Shown: one piece after another, positions 8,215 through 19,360 of the stretch
Numbering within the stretch: position 1 is the stretch's first letter
Layout of the letters: every line of letters starts with the position of its first letter
Source of the DNA: Obrimoposthia wandeli
Taxonomy: Eukaryota
Direction of reading: 5' to 3'
Assembly: GCA_977020255.1 (NCBI GenBank)
Contig: CDROCS010002105.1
Coordinates: forward strand, 124,001-188,000
DNA: 64,000 nt
Position numbers and translations under genes: made by a program
Notes under the pieces: model-generated
Databases searched by the model: none
Told to the model about the DNA's origin: nothing
What the model saw: the letters and a program-made list of their open reading frames with translations, nothing else

Positions 8215-11010
8215 GTGAACAGGTTAGCCCAAGCACCATATAACGAGCAGCTGTACGTTAAAGGCACATTTAATGGTTGGGGTGATGACACTCCGATGTC
8301 TTACCTTGGTGAAGGCTGTTATCAGGCAGTCATTTGCCTTTCGGCGGATCAGCACAGTTTCAAAATTTCCGATCAGCAGGGCAGTGAGTTGCTGACTTTT
8401 TCTGCTGATAAATACAAAGCGGTATCATGCGCTGTCGATCAGGTTCAATCTTTAATGACGGCGAAGGGAATTGGTAATGATCTGACGTTTCTAGCACCTA
8501 ATACTGGGCTGTATACGGTTAGCTTGACAGTTACCGGTACACAGCTATCAATGCTGATTTCATTCGGTGGTGAGAATGATGGTGCCGAGCCTGATCGTGA
8601 ATTCATTCAAGCTGACTTTGCCATTCAATCAAAAGCTGGCATGTTACTCGCTAAAGCACAGCCAGTACTTGAACCGCAAGATTTGTTTGAGCAGCTGGCA
8701 ATCAAGGTTAGTGAAAGTGCGCCATTTGTATTTGGTGACAATGTCGATGGTTATTATGAAGGCGCGACTCATGGCTTTGTTGCCGCCGGTAAATATCGTC
8801 ATAAGCAGGGTTGGTATCTAGGGACGTTTGCATCGTTTGTTGATGGTGCTATTAATGATAAAAATGATGCCCAGAGCGCAGAAATTCTACCTTATGGTGT
8901 GACACATTATTATCCAAACCAAGCGTTAGATACGATGATGCTATTTTCGCAGCAACGCGCATCAGCGTTAACGGTTTCTTCAGAAAATGCAGCGACCTTG
9001 GCGATTGCTCCACAGCTTAATCTTGCGATTAATGCTTCGTCGGTGAAAGTTTTCGATAATGGCGTGGTGTATGCGCTTGATTCGGCTTTGCATCAGGAAA
9101 ATACACCATCCTTTATTGCTATTTGTGCGAATAAGTCTTTCAGATTTAAGGAAGCAACGTTCACCGGGATGCCAGCGCTGAAAGAGGTGATGCACCTAAG
9201 TGGTGCTCATGTTAAGCCTGTGATTGAGACTAGCCAGGCAGAAACCAGTTTCACTGTTTATCTGACCTTTGCTGAAACAGAAGAGCAGGCCATTAAGCAG
9301 GCTAATGCGCTGCTGGAGCAAGATGGATACACACTGCATCAGCAGCAAACCTATGACATGTTGACACAGTCTTACCTATGGACCTCAGATCTTGAATACA
9401 ACCGCGCATTAATGTGGGCGAAGGCATCGGGTAAAGTTTTTGTCTCTAATGAATTTGGTAAAGGGATTTGGGCGGGCTTACCTTGGTTCAAAGATTGCTG
9501 GGGACGTGACTCTTTCATCGCCTTGCCGGGTATTACATTGGTTAATGGTGACTTCGATGATGCTAAGACCATCATTGATAACTTCGCTTCTATGCAGCTA
9601 ACCGATGATCAAAGCTTAAATTATGGTCGGATCCCGAACCGTGTTACCAGCTTGACCAACATTATCTATAACACCACAGATGGTACACCGTGGATGGTGC
9701 GGGAAGTATGGGATTACTTGCGCTATAGCGGCGATCTTGATTATGCGAAAACGATCTACCCGATCGTGCAGACATACATTGATGGGATCGAGAAGAATTA
9801 TCTGGATCAACACGGCTTGATGACTCACCGTGATCCTGATACTTGGATGGATGCCAAGCTGGAAGGAAAAGTACCTTGGTCGGCAAGGGGCAACCGCGCC
9901 AATGATATTCAGGCGTTGTGGTATACCAGCCTAAAAGTGGCTATCGAGTTGGCTCGGTTGAATCAGGATCAGGCATCTGCTTTGCGCTATCGTGCAATGG
10001 CAGAGAAGGTGCAATTCAGTTTCCAAAATATGTTCTGGGATGAGCAGACTGAAATGCTGGCCGATCGCCTGAAGGAAGATGACAGCCGTGATTTGCAGGT
10101 ACGCCCGAACCAGCTAATGACCTTAACGGTACCTTTTGATGGTGGCTTGGTTGATCAGTTGATTGGTGCGAAGGTGGTGAAAAATGCAGTAAGTGAATTA
10201 TTGTACCCCTGGGGAATCACGTCGCTATCGCAGTATGATCCTGACTTTCACCCGTTCCATGCCAATCGAGATGAATATCATAAAGATGCGGCTTACCATA
10301 ACGGAACGATTTGGGGCTGGAATGCAGGCTTTACTGTCTCAAGCTTGGTGAAGTATGGCTATGCTGATTTTGCTTATGAGCTAACAAAAAACCTATCTCA
10401 GCAGATTCTATCTATTGGTCATCGTGGCGCAATGAGCGAAAACCTAGATGCTTTCCTGAGCACCAAAGGAGGATTGACGACGACGGGAACCTATGCACAA
10501 GCATGGTCTGTGTCAGAATTTACTCGTAATGGCTATCAGGATTATATGGGCTTTTCGCCGAACCTCTTGGCCGATAAGGTAACACTGGCTCCTTGTCTAC
10601 CTTCATCGTGGCAGTCTGCACAGGCGGTATTGCGTTTTGGTAACAATAATGCCTTGAATGTCAGTTTTGAACGCTCTGCAAACGGCGCAGAAAACTATCA
10701 GCTGAGTTACCAACATGTATCTGGGGAGCAGCTTGAATTAGTATTGTTTGCGGATGATAAAGCCAAATATCAACTCAATCTTGAGCTTGGAGAGCAGGTT
10801 GTGACGGTCAGCTTTGATCCAATAAAAGCTGTTGCAGAGGTGAACGGTAAACGTGTGGGTCTTATTTGTGTGCAACCGAGTTATCAGGCTCAGATTGGTG
10901 AGTTGCAATTTGCACAACCGGATTTGGATCTTGATTTCAGAGTGCTAAAAAACCAACATGTGTTACAGCAACAGGTTGAATCGAGCGGTTTTGCAAAGGC
11001 AACAGATTAA
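8215..11010 (+). CDS. Amylo-alpha-1,6-glucosidase (GDE-type) with an N-terminal starch-binding-like domain
   Basis: N-terminal LYVKGTFNGWG; GLPWFKDCWGRDSFIALPG, GRIPNR, TWMDAK, RPNQL, AYHNGTIWGW, QAWS motifs. Confidence 0.85.
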   Translation: MNRLAQAPYNEQLYVKGTFNGWGDDTPMSYLGEGCYQAVICLSADQHSFKISDQQGSELLTFSADKYKAVSCAVDQVQSLMTAKGIGNDLTFLAPNTGLYTVSLTVTGTQLSMLISFGGENDGAEPDREFIQADFAIQSKAGMLLAKAQPVLEPQDLFEQLAIKVSESAPFVFGDNVDGYYEGATHGFVAAGKYRHKQGWYLGTFASFVDGAINDKNDAQSAEILPYGVTHYYPNQALDTMMLFSQQRASALTVSSENAATLAIAPQLNLAINASSVKVFDNGVVYALDSALHQENTPSFIAICANKSFRFKEATFTGMPALKEVMHLSGAHVKPVIETSQAETSFTVYLTFAETEEQAIKQANALLEQDGYTLHQQQTYDMLTQSYLWTSDLEYNRALMWAKASGKVFVSNEFGKGIWAGLPWFKDCWGRDSFIALPGITLVNGDFDDAKTIIDNFASMQLTDDQSLNYGRIPNRVTSLTNIIYNTTDGTPWMVREVWDYLRYSGDLDYAKTIYPIVQTYIDGIEKNYLDQHGLMTHRDPDTWMDAKLEGKVPWSARGNRANDIQALWYTSLKVAIELARLNQDQASALRYRAMAEKVQFSFQNMFWDEQTEMLADRLKEDDSRDLQVRPNQLMTLTVPFDGGLVDQLIGAKVVKNAVSELLYPWGITSLSQYDPDFHPFHANRDEYHKDAAYHNGTIWGWNAGFTVSSLVKYGYADFAYELTKNLSQQILSIGHRGAMSENLDAFLSTKGGLTTTGTYAQAWSVSEFTRNGYQDYMGFSPNLLADKVTLAPCLPSSWQSAQAVLRFGNNNALNVSFERSANGAENYQLSYQHVSGEQLELVLFADDKAKYQLNLELGEQVVTVSFDPIKAVAEVNGKRVGLICVQPSYQAQIGELQFAQPDLDLDFRVLKNQHVLQQQVESSGFAKATD

Positions 11011-11055
11011 GTGAATTAACGCGATGCCTTTATAAAGGCAGAATGTTATAAATAT

Positions 11056-11084
11056 AGAAACGCTGCTCAATGGGCAGCGTTTCT
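11056..11084. terminator. Bidirectional terminator
   Basis: AGAAACGCTGC-loop-GCAGCGTTTCT. Confidence 0.75.
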
Positions 11085-11180
11085 GTATCTATGAACATAT
11101 CACCTTGTTGCTATCAGGCCGTTATCGTAATAACGTTAGTGGTTAATAGAGCAAAAGTGACATGACAAATAGGGTTCATG

Positions 11181-11360
11181 TTAATCATCGATAAAGACTT
11201 TTCCTTCTATTGAGTAGGGTTCATTTTTATCAAAAAGGTTGTCTTTGCCTCTAAGCTGCTTCATTTGGGTTTCAAGCGCTTTTGCTTCCTGATAGTTTCC
11301 TTCTTGATAAGCCATATAGATTAGCTGTTCGATATCTTCGATTCTTTCGTGGCTGCTCAT
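11181..11360 (-). CDS. Small acidic hypothetical protein (59 aa)
   Basis: RBS GAGGA 7 nt before ATG 11360 (MSSHERIEDIEQLIYMAYQEG...). Confidence 0.6.
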   Translation of the reverse strand: MSSHERIEDIEQLIYMAYQEGNYQEAKALETQMKQLRGKDNLFDKNEPYSIEGKVFIDD

Positions 11361-11499
11361 GTCATGATCCTCTATCAAAGAGACTGCTGATTATCTCTAT
11401 CTGTTTAGTTACACCATTGATGGTGCAACTAACCCCTTACAAGCCTAAGTTTAGGTGTGATATTGGCAGCTCTCCACACGAATACCCCCATGTGGTAGT

Positions 11500-12372
11500 T
11501 TAACGGCAATAAAGTTGTTCAATCATGGCTGGGAAGCGTCTTGCCCATGCACTCTCACTGTGAACAGCGTCTTCTTCAATAAACAGTTTGCAGCTTATAT
11601 TTTTATCTTTTTTTTGCAGCTGGTGGTGAAAGCGTTTTGCACCATCAAGGTAAAAATTTGGAAAACAGCTTAATGTGTGGTCGCTGGTTTCGTTTGTCCC
11701 TATATCCATATAGATATTGATAGGTGCTGTAATTGGGGTCGTTTTAATACAGTCGCTCATGTTCGCCTCAGCAAACCAAAATGCGGGTGAAAATACGCCA
11801 GCGCAGCCGAATATAGTTTGGTATCGCAATGCGATGTATAAACTGATCAGTCCCCCCATAGAGCTGCCTGCTATCGTATTGTATTCGCGTTGACGAAGAG
11901 CACGATAATGCTGGTCGATATAGGGTTTTAGGGTTTCGGCGATAAAAGCACTATAAGCTTCACCTTCGCCACCTAGAGTCTGTCTGGTATTACCCCAGCC
12001 ATTGAGCTCTGCGATAGGATTAAAAGGCCAAGGAGAGTATTCATCCGAACGGCCCAAGCCATTTTTCAGTGGGCTGTTATCTATTGCAACGAGAATAATG
12101 CCGTCAGTTTTACCTTGTTGCTGCATGTGATCGAGGTGTTCACCAGCTTGCCAGCTCATACCTGCAATACAGAGGTTTGGTTCAAAGACATTTTGCCCAT
12201 CATGCATATAAATAACCGGATAATGCTTTTTATTGCTGTAATAGTCAGCCGGAAGATAAACTCGAATACAGCGTTGGCGTTTTAGCTGGGGCATATCGAA
12301 GTTTGGTAATAGCACCATTCTATCTGGGTCATAGGTTTTAACTCGAGCGTCAAAGTTCATGTAAATATCCAT
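11500..12372 (-). CDS. Alpha/beta-hydrolase esterase
   Basis: YMHDGQNVF, GSSMGG nucleophile elbow, FSPAFW, YMDIG, HSESAW. Confidence 0.9.
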   Translation of the reverse strand: MDIYMNFDARVKTYDPDRMVLLPNFDMPQLKRQRCIRVYLPADYYSNKKHYPVIYMHDGQNVFEPNLCIAGMSWQAGEHLDHMQQQGKTDGIILVAIDNSPLKNGLGRSDEYSPWPFNPIAELNGWGNTRQTLGGEGEAYSAFIAETLKPYIDQHYRALRQREYNTIAGSSMGGLISLYIALRYQTIFGCAGVFSPAFWFAEANMSDCIKTTPITAPINIYMDIGTNETSDHTLSCFPNFYLDGAKRFHHQLQKKDKNISCKLFIEEDAVHSESAWARRFPAMIEQLYCR

Positions 12373-12398
12373 GTTAGTGCTGTAACCAAAAATCAGAC

Positions 12399-12438
12399 AA
12401 AAAAAAGCGCTGTCGTATGAATGAGCAGCGCTTTTTTT
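12399..12438 (-). terminator. Terminator after malK
   Basis: AAAAAAAGCGCTG-loop-CAGCGCTTTTTTT. Confidence 0.8.
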
Positions 12439-12456
12439 GTCGTGTGAGAAAGAGGG

Positions 12457-13566
12457 TTATATGCCAGCTTCTCGGTATAGGCGGCGGCAAGCATTACCAT
12501 TACTATGGAACAAGTGACAACGGTGTGCAGGTATACCCACTTGAAAGCTATCACCAGCTTCTATTTCTAGAGTATCGGGACGACGGTAGATAAAATCTGC
12601 ATCCACGTGATCTAGGTGGATATAGGCTTGAGTTTCGTAACCTAGCTTCTCGACAACCTGTATTGTACCTTCGATGCTTGCATCACCTTCTTCAGCTGAT
12701 ACAAGGTGTTCTGGGCGAATACCCAGTGACATACGATCGCCTTTTGTGACTGTTGTACCGTCAACAGGGATCCAGAATGCTTTTCCATTCGCCATTTGTA
12801 CCATGACGCGTTCATCTTCAACCTGTTCGATAAACACACTCATGAAGTTCATCTTCGGTGAGCCGATGAACCCTGCAACAAAGCGATTCTGTGGGTAATG
12901 GTATAACTCTAGTGGTTTACCTACCTGAGAAACAAAACCATCATCAAGAACTACAATCTTCTCAGCCATGGTCATAGCTTCTACCTGATCATGCGTTACG
13001 TAGATCATGGTACAGCCGAGTTGCTTGTGCAGCTTGGCAATTTCGATTCGCATTTGAACACGAAGCGCAGCATCTAGATTCGATAGTGGTTCATCAAGCA
13101 GGAATACATCAGGCTGAGACACAATGGTACGGCCGATCGCAACACGTTGGCGTTGACCACCAGAAAGTGATTTAGGCTGGCGTTCAAGTAAGTGACCAAG
13201 CTGAAGGATGTCAGCAGCATGGTCAACACGTTTTTTGATATCGCTCTTGTTTGCTTTTGCCAATTTCATGCCGAAGGACATGTTATCAAAGAGATTTAAG
13301 TGCGGATAAAGGGCATATGATTGAAACACCATGCCAACTCCACGCTCAGAAGGTGGAACGTCATTCATACGTTCTTTACCGATGTATAGGTCGCCTGACG
13401 TGATATCTTCCAAACCAGCGATGCAACGAAGAAGAGTTGATTTACCACAGCCTGATGGCCCAACAAATACAACGAATTCGCCTTCAGCAATCTCTAGATC
13501 AACATTTTTGGAAATCAGGTTATCTCCATATGCTTTACATACATTTCGTAAAGTGACACTCGTCAT
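12457..13566 (-). CDS. malK: Maltose ABC transporter ATPase
   Basis: [29 protein letters not shown]; start re-called to ATG 13566 (MTSVTLRNV). Confidence 0.97.
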   Translation of the reverse strand: MTSVTLRNVCKAYGDNLISKNVDLEIAEGEFVVFVGPSGCGKSTLLRCIAGLEDITSGDLYIGKERMNDVPPSERGVGMVFQSYALYPHLNLFDNMSFGMKLAKANKSDIKKRVDHAADILQLGHLLERQPKSLSGGQRQRVAIGRTIVSQPDVFLLDEPLSNLDAALRVQMRIEIAKLHKQLGCTMIYVTHDQVEAMTMAEKIVVLDDGFVSQVGKPLELYHYPQNRFVAGFIGSPKMNFMSVFIEQVEDERVMVQMANGKAFWIPVDGTTVTKGDRMSLGIRPEHLVSAEEGDASIEGTIQVVEKLGYETQAYIHLDHVDADFIYRRPDTLEIEAGDSFQVGIPAHRCHLFHSNGNACRRLYREAGI

Positions 13567-14036
13567 CGAGCCTTTTCCTCTAAGTTGTGTTGCCTGCAAA
13601 ACGTTATCAATAAGGCATAGTATTCATGCCAGGTCTTGCGGGTAAAGAATTTTTTGGTGTAGTGAAGAAAAAAATGGGTAGCGTAAGTATCATCCAGGCA
13701 GTGGAAGAATGGCTACCCTGACCAAATTCCTACTACTTACTTCCCCAAGAAATAATAGGATGCTGTCGTTTTCAATAAAGTGTTATTAAAAATTAAAATC
13801 TGCATAAAGCAGAACTGTTAAAGCTTCTTCATCTACCCCATAGGGTATGTTGCTCATCTTACGCCACTATCATGATGAAACATCATCCTTGAAAAGAATT
13901 TAAAAGGGGGATAAAGGGGGGAGGAGTGTTTGGATCACACTTTGATATACCAGTTACTGAAGTGCCCTTTTAATCCAAGTACCATGTGCGTTGTATCACA
14001 ATTAGGCCTCGTTTTTAGATCTGTGTCACTAACTGG

Positions 14037-14120
14037 GATGACAGAGATCACGCTTTTAAATCTTAGGTATGGGGGCGTAGGGCTCAGGATGATGCCGAGG
14101 CTTCATTACTGGTGGATGAT
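14037..14120 (+). promoter_or_regulatory. CRP/MalT promoter of malEFG (divergent from malK)
   Basis: GATGA-N6-TCACG 14037-14052; GGGGCGTAGGG-N4-GGATGATGC 14072-14095; spacing identical to the 6774-6857 promoter. Confidence 0.75.
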
Positions 14121-14189
14121 ACAGACTGCAAATTGTGCTGCAGAGGAATTTCTGGAGTGCAACATATAACAATCATGAAGGATGTTAAA

Positions 14190-15371
14190 ATGAAGAAAGT
14201 CCTCAGCACAGTAGCTTTATGTACCCTTGCAGCCCTTGGCTCACTTAACGCACACGCCGCGATTGAAGAAGGTCAACTTACAATCTGGATCAATGGTGAT
14301 AAAGGCTATAACGGTCTTGCGGAAGTGGGCAAACAGTTTGAAGAAGACACAGGTGTAAAAGTCACTGTTGCTTTCCCTGATGGCCTATCTGAGAAGTTCC
14401 CTCAGGCAGCGGCTGCTGGTGATGGTCCAGATATCGTATTCTGGGCACACGATCGCTTTGGTGGTTACGCTCAATCTGGTCTATTGGCAGAAGTTAAACC
14501 ATCTAAAGAACTAAAAGACAAAATCATCGATTTTACTTGGGATGCTGTGCAGTATGACGGCAAGTACATTGGCTACCCTGTTGCAGTTGAAGCACTTTCT
14601 TTAATTTATAACAAAGATCTTGTTCCAAACCCACCGAAGAACTGGGAAGACGTTGAAGCGTTAGATAAGAAGCTTCAGAAAGATGGCAAGAAAGCCATCA
14701 TGTGGAACCTAAAAGAACCGTATTTCACATGGCCATTATTGTCTGCTGACGGTGGCTACGCGTTCAAGTTTACCGCTGAAGGCTACGATGTGAAAGATGT
14801 GGGTGTTAACAGTGCTGGCGCGAAGCGTGGCATGAACTTCATCAAGAATCTTGTTGATAAGAAAGTTATCTCTCCCGATATGGACTACAGCATTTCAGAA
14901 GCTGAGTTTAACAAGGGTACTGTTGCAATGACAATCAACGGTCCATGGGCATGGGGCAACATTGAGAAGTCTGGTATTAACTACGGTGTTGCAGTACTTC
15001 CTAAGCTAAACGGCAACCCATCTAAACCATTCGTTGGTATCTTAACCGCAGGTATTAACTCTGCGTCGCCAAACCAAGATTTGGCTGTTGAGTTCATCGA
15101 AAACTACCTACTGACTGATGAAGGTCTTGGTAAGGTTAACGATGATAAGCCACTCGGTGCGGTTGCACTGAAATCATTCCAGCAGAAACTAGGCAAAGAT
15201 GCCCGCATTGCTGCCACCATGAATAACGCAATGAACGGTGAAATCATGCCTAACGTTCCGCAGATGGCTGCATTCTGGTATGCCCAGGGTAATGCAATCA
15301 AGAACATTGTTGATGGTCGCCAAGACATTGATGGTGCGCTAGATGAAGCCGCTGGTCACATGCTCAAGTAA
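14190..15371 (+). CDS. malE: Maltose/maltodextrin-binding protein
   Basis: [10 protein letters not shown] signal (start re-called to ATG 14190), [25 protein letters not shown]. Confidence 0.97.
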   Translation: MKKVLSTVALCTLAALGSLNAHAAIEEGQLTIWINGDKGYNGLAEVGKQFEEDTGVKVTVAFPDGLSEKFPQAAAAGDGPDIVFWAHDRFGGYAQSGLLAEVKPSKELKDKIIDFTWDAVQYDGKYIGYPVAVEALSLIYNKDLVPNPPKNWEDVEALDKKLQKDGKKAIMWNLKEPYFTWPLLSADGGYAFKFTAEGYDVKDVGVNSAGAKRGMNFIKNLVDKKVISPDMDYSISEAEFNKGTVAMTINGPWAWGNIEKSGINYGVAVLPKLNGNPSKPFVGILTAGINSASPNQDLAVEFIENYLLTDEGLGKVNDDKPLGAVALKSFQQKLGKDARIAATMNNAMNGEIMPNVPQMAAFWYAQGNAIKNIVDGRQDIDGALDEAAGHMLK

Positions 15372-15435
15372 TTCTTTTTACGGGGAGGGGTAACCTTCCC
15401 TATTTTATTGTCATCTTTTCTAGCAAGGAGCTGAG

Positions 15436-17010
15436 ATGCAGTCGGTTCAAGGTGCAGGGCTTTTGGATTCAAAACAAGAACGCCCTAAATTAAATTATCG
15501 TAAGTGGCTAAAATGGTCGCTACTAGGCATGATCGGTGTTGTTAATGGTTATGCTACCGTATTGATGTATGCACAAGGTGAAATGCCTTTTGCTCTTCTT
15601 ACCGTTGTTCTAACCGCACTTGCTCTTTATATTTTCGGAAGTAAAAAAACTTACGCACATCGTTACATTTTCCCTGGTGTTGCAGGGATGCTTGTTTTTA
15701 TTATTTTCCCATTGGTTTACACCATAGGGCTGGCGTTTACCAACTACAGTGCATCAAACCAGTTAACATTGGAAAGAACACAGTCAGTTTTGGAACAGCG
15801 TAGTTTTCAGTCGGGTGAAAGTTACGGTTTTGACCTCTACAAAGTAGAGAATGGCCACCAGCTGATTATTAAAGCTGATGGTGAGCTATTGGCTTCTGAT
15901 GTCTTCGAACTCGCCAATACAACCTCTGAAGCGATGATTCTTCGTCAAGTTGATAGTGTCCAGGGTGAAAAAGAGAAGATTAAATCAATTGTAAATAACC
16001 GCGCTAACTTAACAAAAGTTGAGCTAGTGATGCCTGGCGGTCATGAGATTCGCATGAGTGGTCTGCGTAAGTTTGCTGCTGATACTCCTCTCTTTACACT
16101 TCAGGAAGATGGTCTGAGTATGGTAAATAATCAAACTCAGCAACTGTATAAGCCAAATATGGAAATTGGTTTCTATCAGCCTATTGACGCAGAAGGTAAA
16201 TTTGTAGATAAGCCTATCTCTCCTGGATTTGTTGTAACGGTTGGTGGTGCTAACTTCGAACGGGTGATAACGGATGATGGTATTAAAGAGCCTTTTATTG
16301 ATATCTTTATCTGGACTGTGGTTTTTGCTTTTTTAGCGGTCGCGTTAACACTGGCTTTAGGTATGGTACTAGCGTGTCTCGTTCAGTGGGAGCCATTACA
16401 AGGTAGTAGTATTTATCGCGTACTTCTTATTCTCCCTTATGCGGTACCTGCGTTTATTTCCATCTTGATATTCAAGGGATTATTTAACCAGAGTTTTGGT
16501 GAAATAAACTTATTTCTTGAAGCTATATTAGGGGTTAAACCGTCGTGGTTCTCTGATCCAATCATGGCGCGTGTAATGGTTGTGTTAGTGAATACCTGGT
16601 TAGGTTTTCCTTATATGATGATTTTATGTATGGGTTTACTGAAATCCATTCCAGCTGATTTATACGAAGCATCGGCTATTGATGGTGCGGGTCCTATTCA
16701 GAACTTTTTCAAAATCACACTTCCGATGATGATTAAACCGTTGGCACCACTGCTTATTGCTAGCTTTGCATTTAACTTCAATAACTTTGTAATGATTCAG
16801 CTATTGACTGCTGGTGGCCCTAATATGGTGGGTACCTCAGAGCCAGCTGGTTACACTGACTTGCTAGTAAGCTATACCTACCGTATTGCCTTCGAAGGTG
16901 GTGGTGGTCAAGACTTTGGTCTTGCTGGTGCAATCGCAACAATTATTTTCTTATTGGTGGGTGGTATGGCACTACTTAATCTGAGATTCACTAAGCTTTC
17001 ACAAGACTAA
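15436..17010 (+). CDS. malF: Maltose ABC permease
   Basis: Large periplasmic P2 loop, EAA loop [10 protein letters not shown]. Confidence 0.97.
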   Translation: MQSVQGAGLLDSKQERPKLNYRKWLKWSLLGMIGVVNGYATVLMYAQGEMPFALLTVVLTALALYIFGSKKTYAHRYIFPGVAGMLVFIIFPLVYTIGLAFTNYSASNQLTLERTQSVLEQRSFQSGESYGFDLYKVENGHQLIIKADGELLASDVFELANTTSEAMILRQVDSVQGEKEKIKSIVNNRANLTKVELVMPGGHEIRMSGLRKFAADTPLFTLQEDGLSMVNNQTQQLYKPNMEIGFYQPIDAEGKFVDKPISPGFVVTVGGANFERVITDDGIKEPFIDIFIWTVVFAFLAVALTLALGMVLACLVQWEPLQGSSIYRVLLILPYAVPAFISILIFKGLFNQSFGEINLFLEAILGVKPSWFSDPIMARVMVVLVNTWLGFPYMMILCMGLLKSIPADLYEASAIDGAGPIQNFFKITLPMMIKPLAPLLIASFAFNFNNFVMIQLLTAGGPNMVGTSEPAGYTDLLVSYTYRIAFEGGGGQDFGLAGAIATIIFLLVGGMALLNLRFTKLSQD

Positions 17011-17021
17011 GGAGAGACGTT

Positions 17022-17912
17022 ATGGCTATGGTTCCATCAAGATCATTGAAATATCGAGTTTGGGCAACACATATCGGCTTGTGTATTTTCTTATCCATGA
17101 TTATCTTTCCGTTGTTGATGATAATTGCAATTTCATTTCGTGAAGGTAACTTTGCAGGTGGTGAGATAATTCCAAGTAATCCAACATTGGATCACTGGCG
17201 CTTAGCTCTCGGATTTGCTGTTACGAATAATGATGGCAGTATAACGCCACCACCTTTCCCTGTTTTACTATGGTTATGGAACACGGTAAAAGTTGCAGGT
17301 ATTACATCAATTATCATTGTTTCACTATCGACAACAAGTGCTTATGCGTTTGCTCGTATGCGCTTTAAAGGTAAGAACACAATCCTTAAAGGGATGATGA
17401 TTTTCCAAATGTTCCCTGCAGTACTTGCATTGGTTGCTCTATATGCATTGTTTGACCGTTTAGGCCAGTATGTTCCATTCATGGGATTGAATACGCATGG
17501 TGGTTTGATCTTTGCTTACTTAGGAGGGATCGCACTTCACGTATGGACGATTAAAGGTTACTTTGAAACGATAGATGTTTCACTGGAAGAAGCAGCAGCA
17601 CTTGATGGTGCAACGCCATGGCAAGCATTCCGCTATGTTCTGCTCCCATTATCAGTGCCAATTCTAGCGGTTGTTTTCATCTTGTCGTTCATCGGCTTGG
17701 TTGGAGAAGTACCTGTGGCATCATTGCTATTAACTGATGTAAATAATTACACGTTAGCAGTAGGTATGCAGCAATATCTATACCCTCAGAACTATCTATG
17801 GGGTGACTTCGCAGCGGCAGCAGTACTATCAGCAATACCTATTACTATAGTGTTCTTGATGGCTCAGAAATTCCTAGTCGGTGGTTTAACTGCGGGTGGT
17901 GTGAAGGGTTAA
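17022..17912 (+). CDS. malG: Maltose ABC permease
   Basis: [29 protein letters not shown]. Confidence 0.97.
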   Translation: MAMVPSRSLKYRVWATHIGLCIFLSMIIFPLLMIIAISFREGNFAGGEIIPSNPTLDHWRLALGFAVTNNDGSITPPPFPVLLWLWNTVKVAGITSIIIVSLSTTSAYAFARMRFKGKNTILKGMMIFQMFPAVLALVALYALFDRLGQYVPFMGLNTHGGLIFAYLGGIALHVWTIKGYFETIDVSLEEAAALDGATPWQAFRYVLLPLSVPILAVVFILSFIGLVGEVPVASLLLTDVNNYTLAVGMQQYLYPQNYLWGDFAAAAVLSAIPITIVFLMAQKFLVGGLTAGGVKG

Positions 17913-17932
17913 TAACAACCAGCAATAAATAG

Positions 17933-17963
17933 AAAGCTTGCCTAAATGGCAGGCTTTTTTTTT
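17933..17963 (+). terminator. malEFG terminator
   Basis: AAAGCTTGCC-loop-GGCAGGCTTTTTTTTT. Confidence 0.85.
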
Positions 17964-18206
17964 GCTTATATTTGGTGCTGAAATGGTCCAGAAACACACG
18001 TGACCGAATGATTTTTAAGCGGTATCGTACGAGGTATTAAAGGAAATGAAATATTCATCTTAAGGATGAACGTTAGGGTTTTAAAGCGACGCTATGACTG
18101 CTAGTATCATTCTTATAGGGTATTATTGTTTTTAGCGATAATTTAACCTCTAAACGTGTTTTTTATGTCAGTCATATAAAACAAGAAGCCTACATACAAT
18201 GAGCTT

Positions 18207-18418
18207 CTTGGTTAAAGGATAACAATAATAATAAGACTCGTTTCTTTTCACTTAGAGGGGAGTCACTCCTAAGTGTAGAGCTTAACTAATGGTTTGGTCG
18301 CCGATCTGTTAAGAATTCTACGCTTAACTTAATATTGGCGTTGCTGCATAGCTGGACTTACCTTTTGTTAGATAAGTTTTATTAGTAACCAGAACCCGGT
18401 GCTTTCACCGGGTTTTTT
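18207..18418 (+). ncRNA. Candidate sRNA, MicX-like by position downstream of malG
   Basis: ORF-free region with TACAAT at 18195, internal hairpin CACTTAG..CTAAGTG and orphan terminator AACCCGGT-GCTTTC-ACCGGGTTTTTT; identity rests on synteny only. Confidence 0.4.
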
Positions 18419-18665
18419 GTACCTGACGTTTCTGAAACGAAAGCTTTGACAGAATCGTTCATTTTAAATCGTAGCTACACCTGCTTAGAATCGCTCTAGT
18501 CCGTTTTATTTATGATGGATATGTTATGACATAGATGGAATCAACTATTCGTCAGAATGGTTTTGGGGTCTATTTGATGCGTATATAGGATGTAGGGAGT
18601 GATGTGTTTTGCTGGGGGATTAACAGAAGGAGCCTTAGGCTCCTAACTGATAGTGTTACAGTTAT

Positions 18666-19208
18666 TTACTTAATGAGGTAAGGAAATAGCTTTCTTTTCT
18701 GTGCGTCTGTTAGATTCTCTACACATTCAACATTGCGCTCAGGAATACCATCAGGATCAGGGTAGTGTCTTAGCACTTTTTCCATGCTTTCTTCTCTAAT
18801 CAGGTGAAAGATAGGATAAGGCGAACGATTCGTGAGGTTTTCTGCATCTTCTGGCTCGGCACCATAAAAACAGTAATCAGGGTGGAAGCTAGCAATTTGA
18901 TAAATGCCACTTTTGTTCATTTGAATGACAAGCCCTTCAACCAAATCAAGAAACTGATTATAGTCATCGAATTCTTTAAATAAGTTGGGTGCAACCACCA
19001 AGGTTGTTTCTAATTCTTCTACTGGTGTTTGATCTAACGTTTGCAATTCTTGATAGATAGTTTCCAATAAAATATCTTCTGAAGCGTCTTCGCAAACGTG
19101 TATTTTTATTTGTTTATTACGATTAGGTTTTGCGGCAAAAGGACATAAATTCAGGCCAATAACGACATCTTCTAACCATTGCTGAACATCTTTTTCTACT
19201 TGTGACAT
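18666..19208 (-). CDS. DUF1415-family protein
   Basis: VVIGLNLCPFA, QIASFHPDY, NLTNRSPYPIFHLIRE. Confidence 0.85.
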   Translation of the reverse strand: MSQVEKDVQQWLEDVVIGLNLCPFAAKPNRNKQIKIHVCEDASEDILLETIYQELQTLDQTPVEELETTLVVAPNLFKEFDDYNQFLDLVEGLVIQMNKSGIYQIASFHPDYCFYGAEPEDAENLTNRSPYPIFHLIREESMEKVLRHYPDPDGIPERNVECVENLTDAQKRKLFPYLIK

Positions 19209-19360
19209 AGCTGACTCTGCATTTGTTGTATTTATGAAATGAATTGTATCAATCGAGAGATATATTTTTGTTTTATTTGTTCAATTCATCTGTATTGAAT
19301 AGCGATTATAAATAAAAAGGCCAGCACATGGCTGACCTTTCTTTCAAAAAGAGAAAGAGC

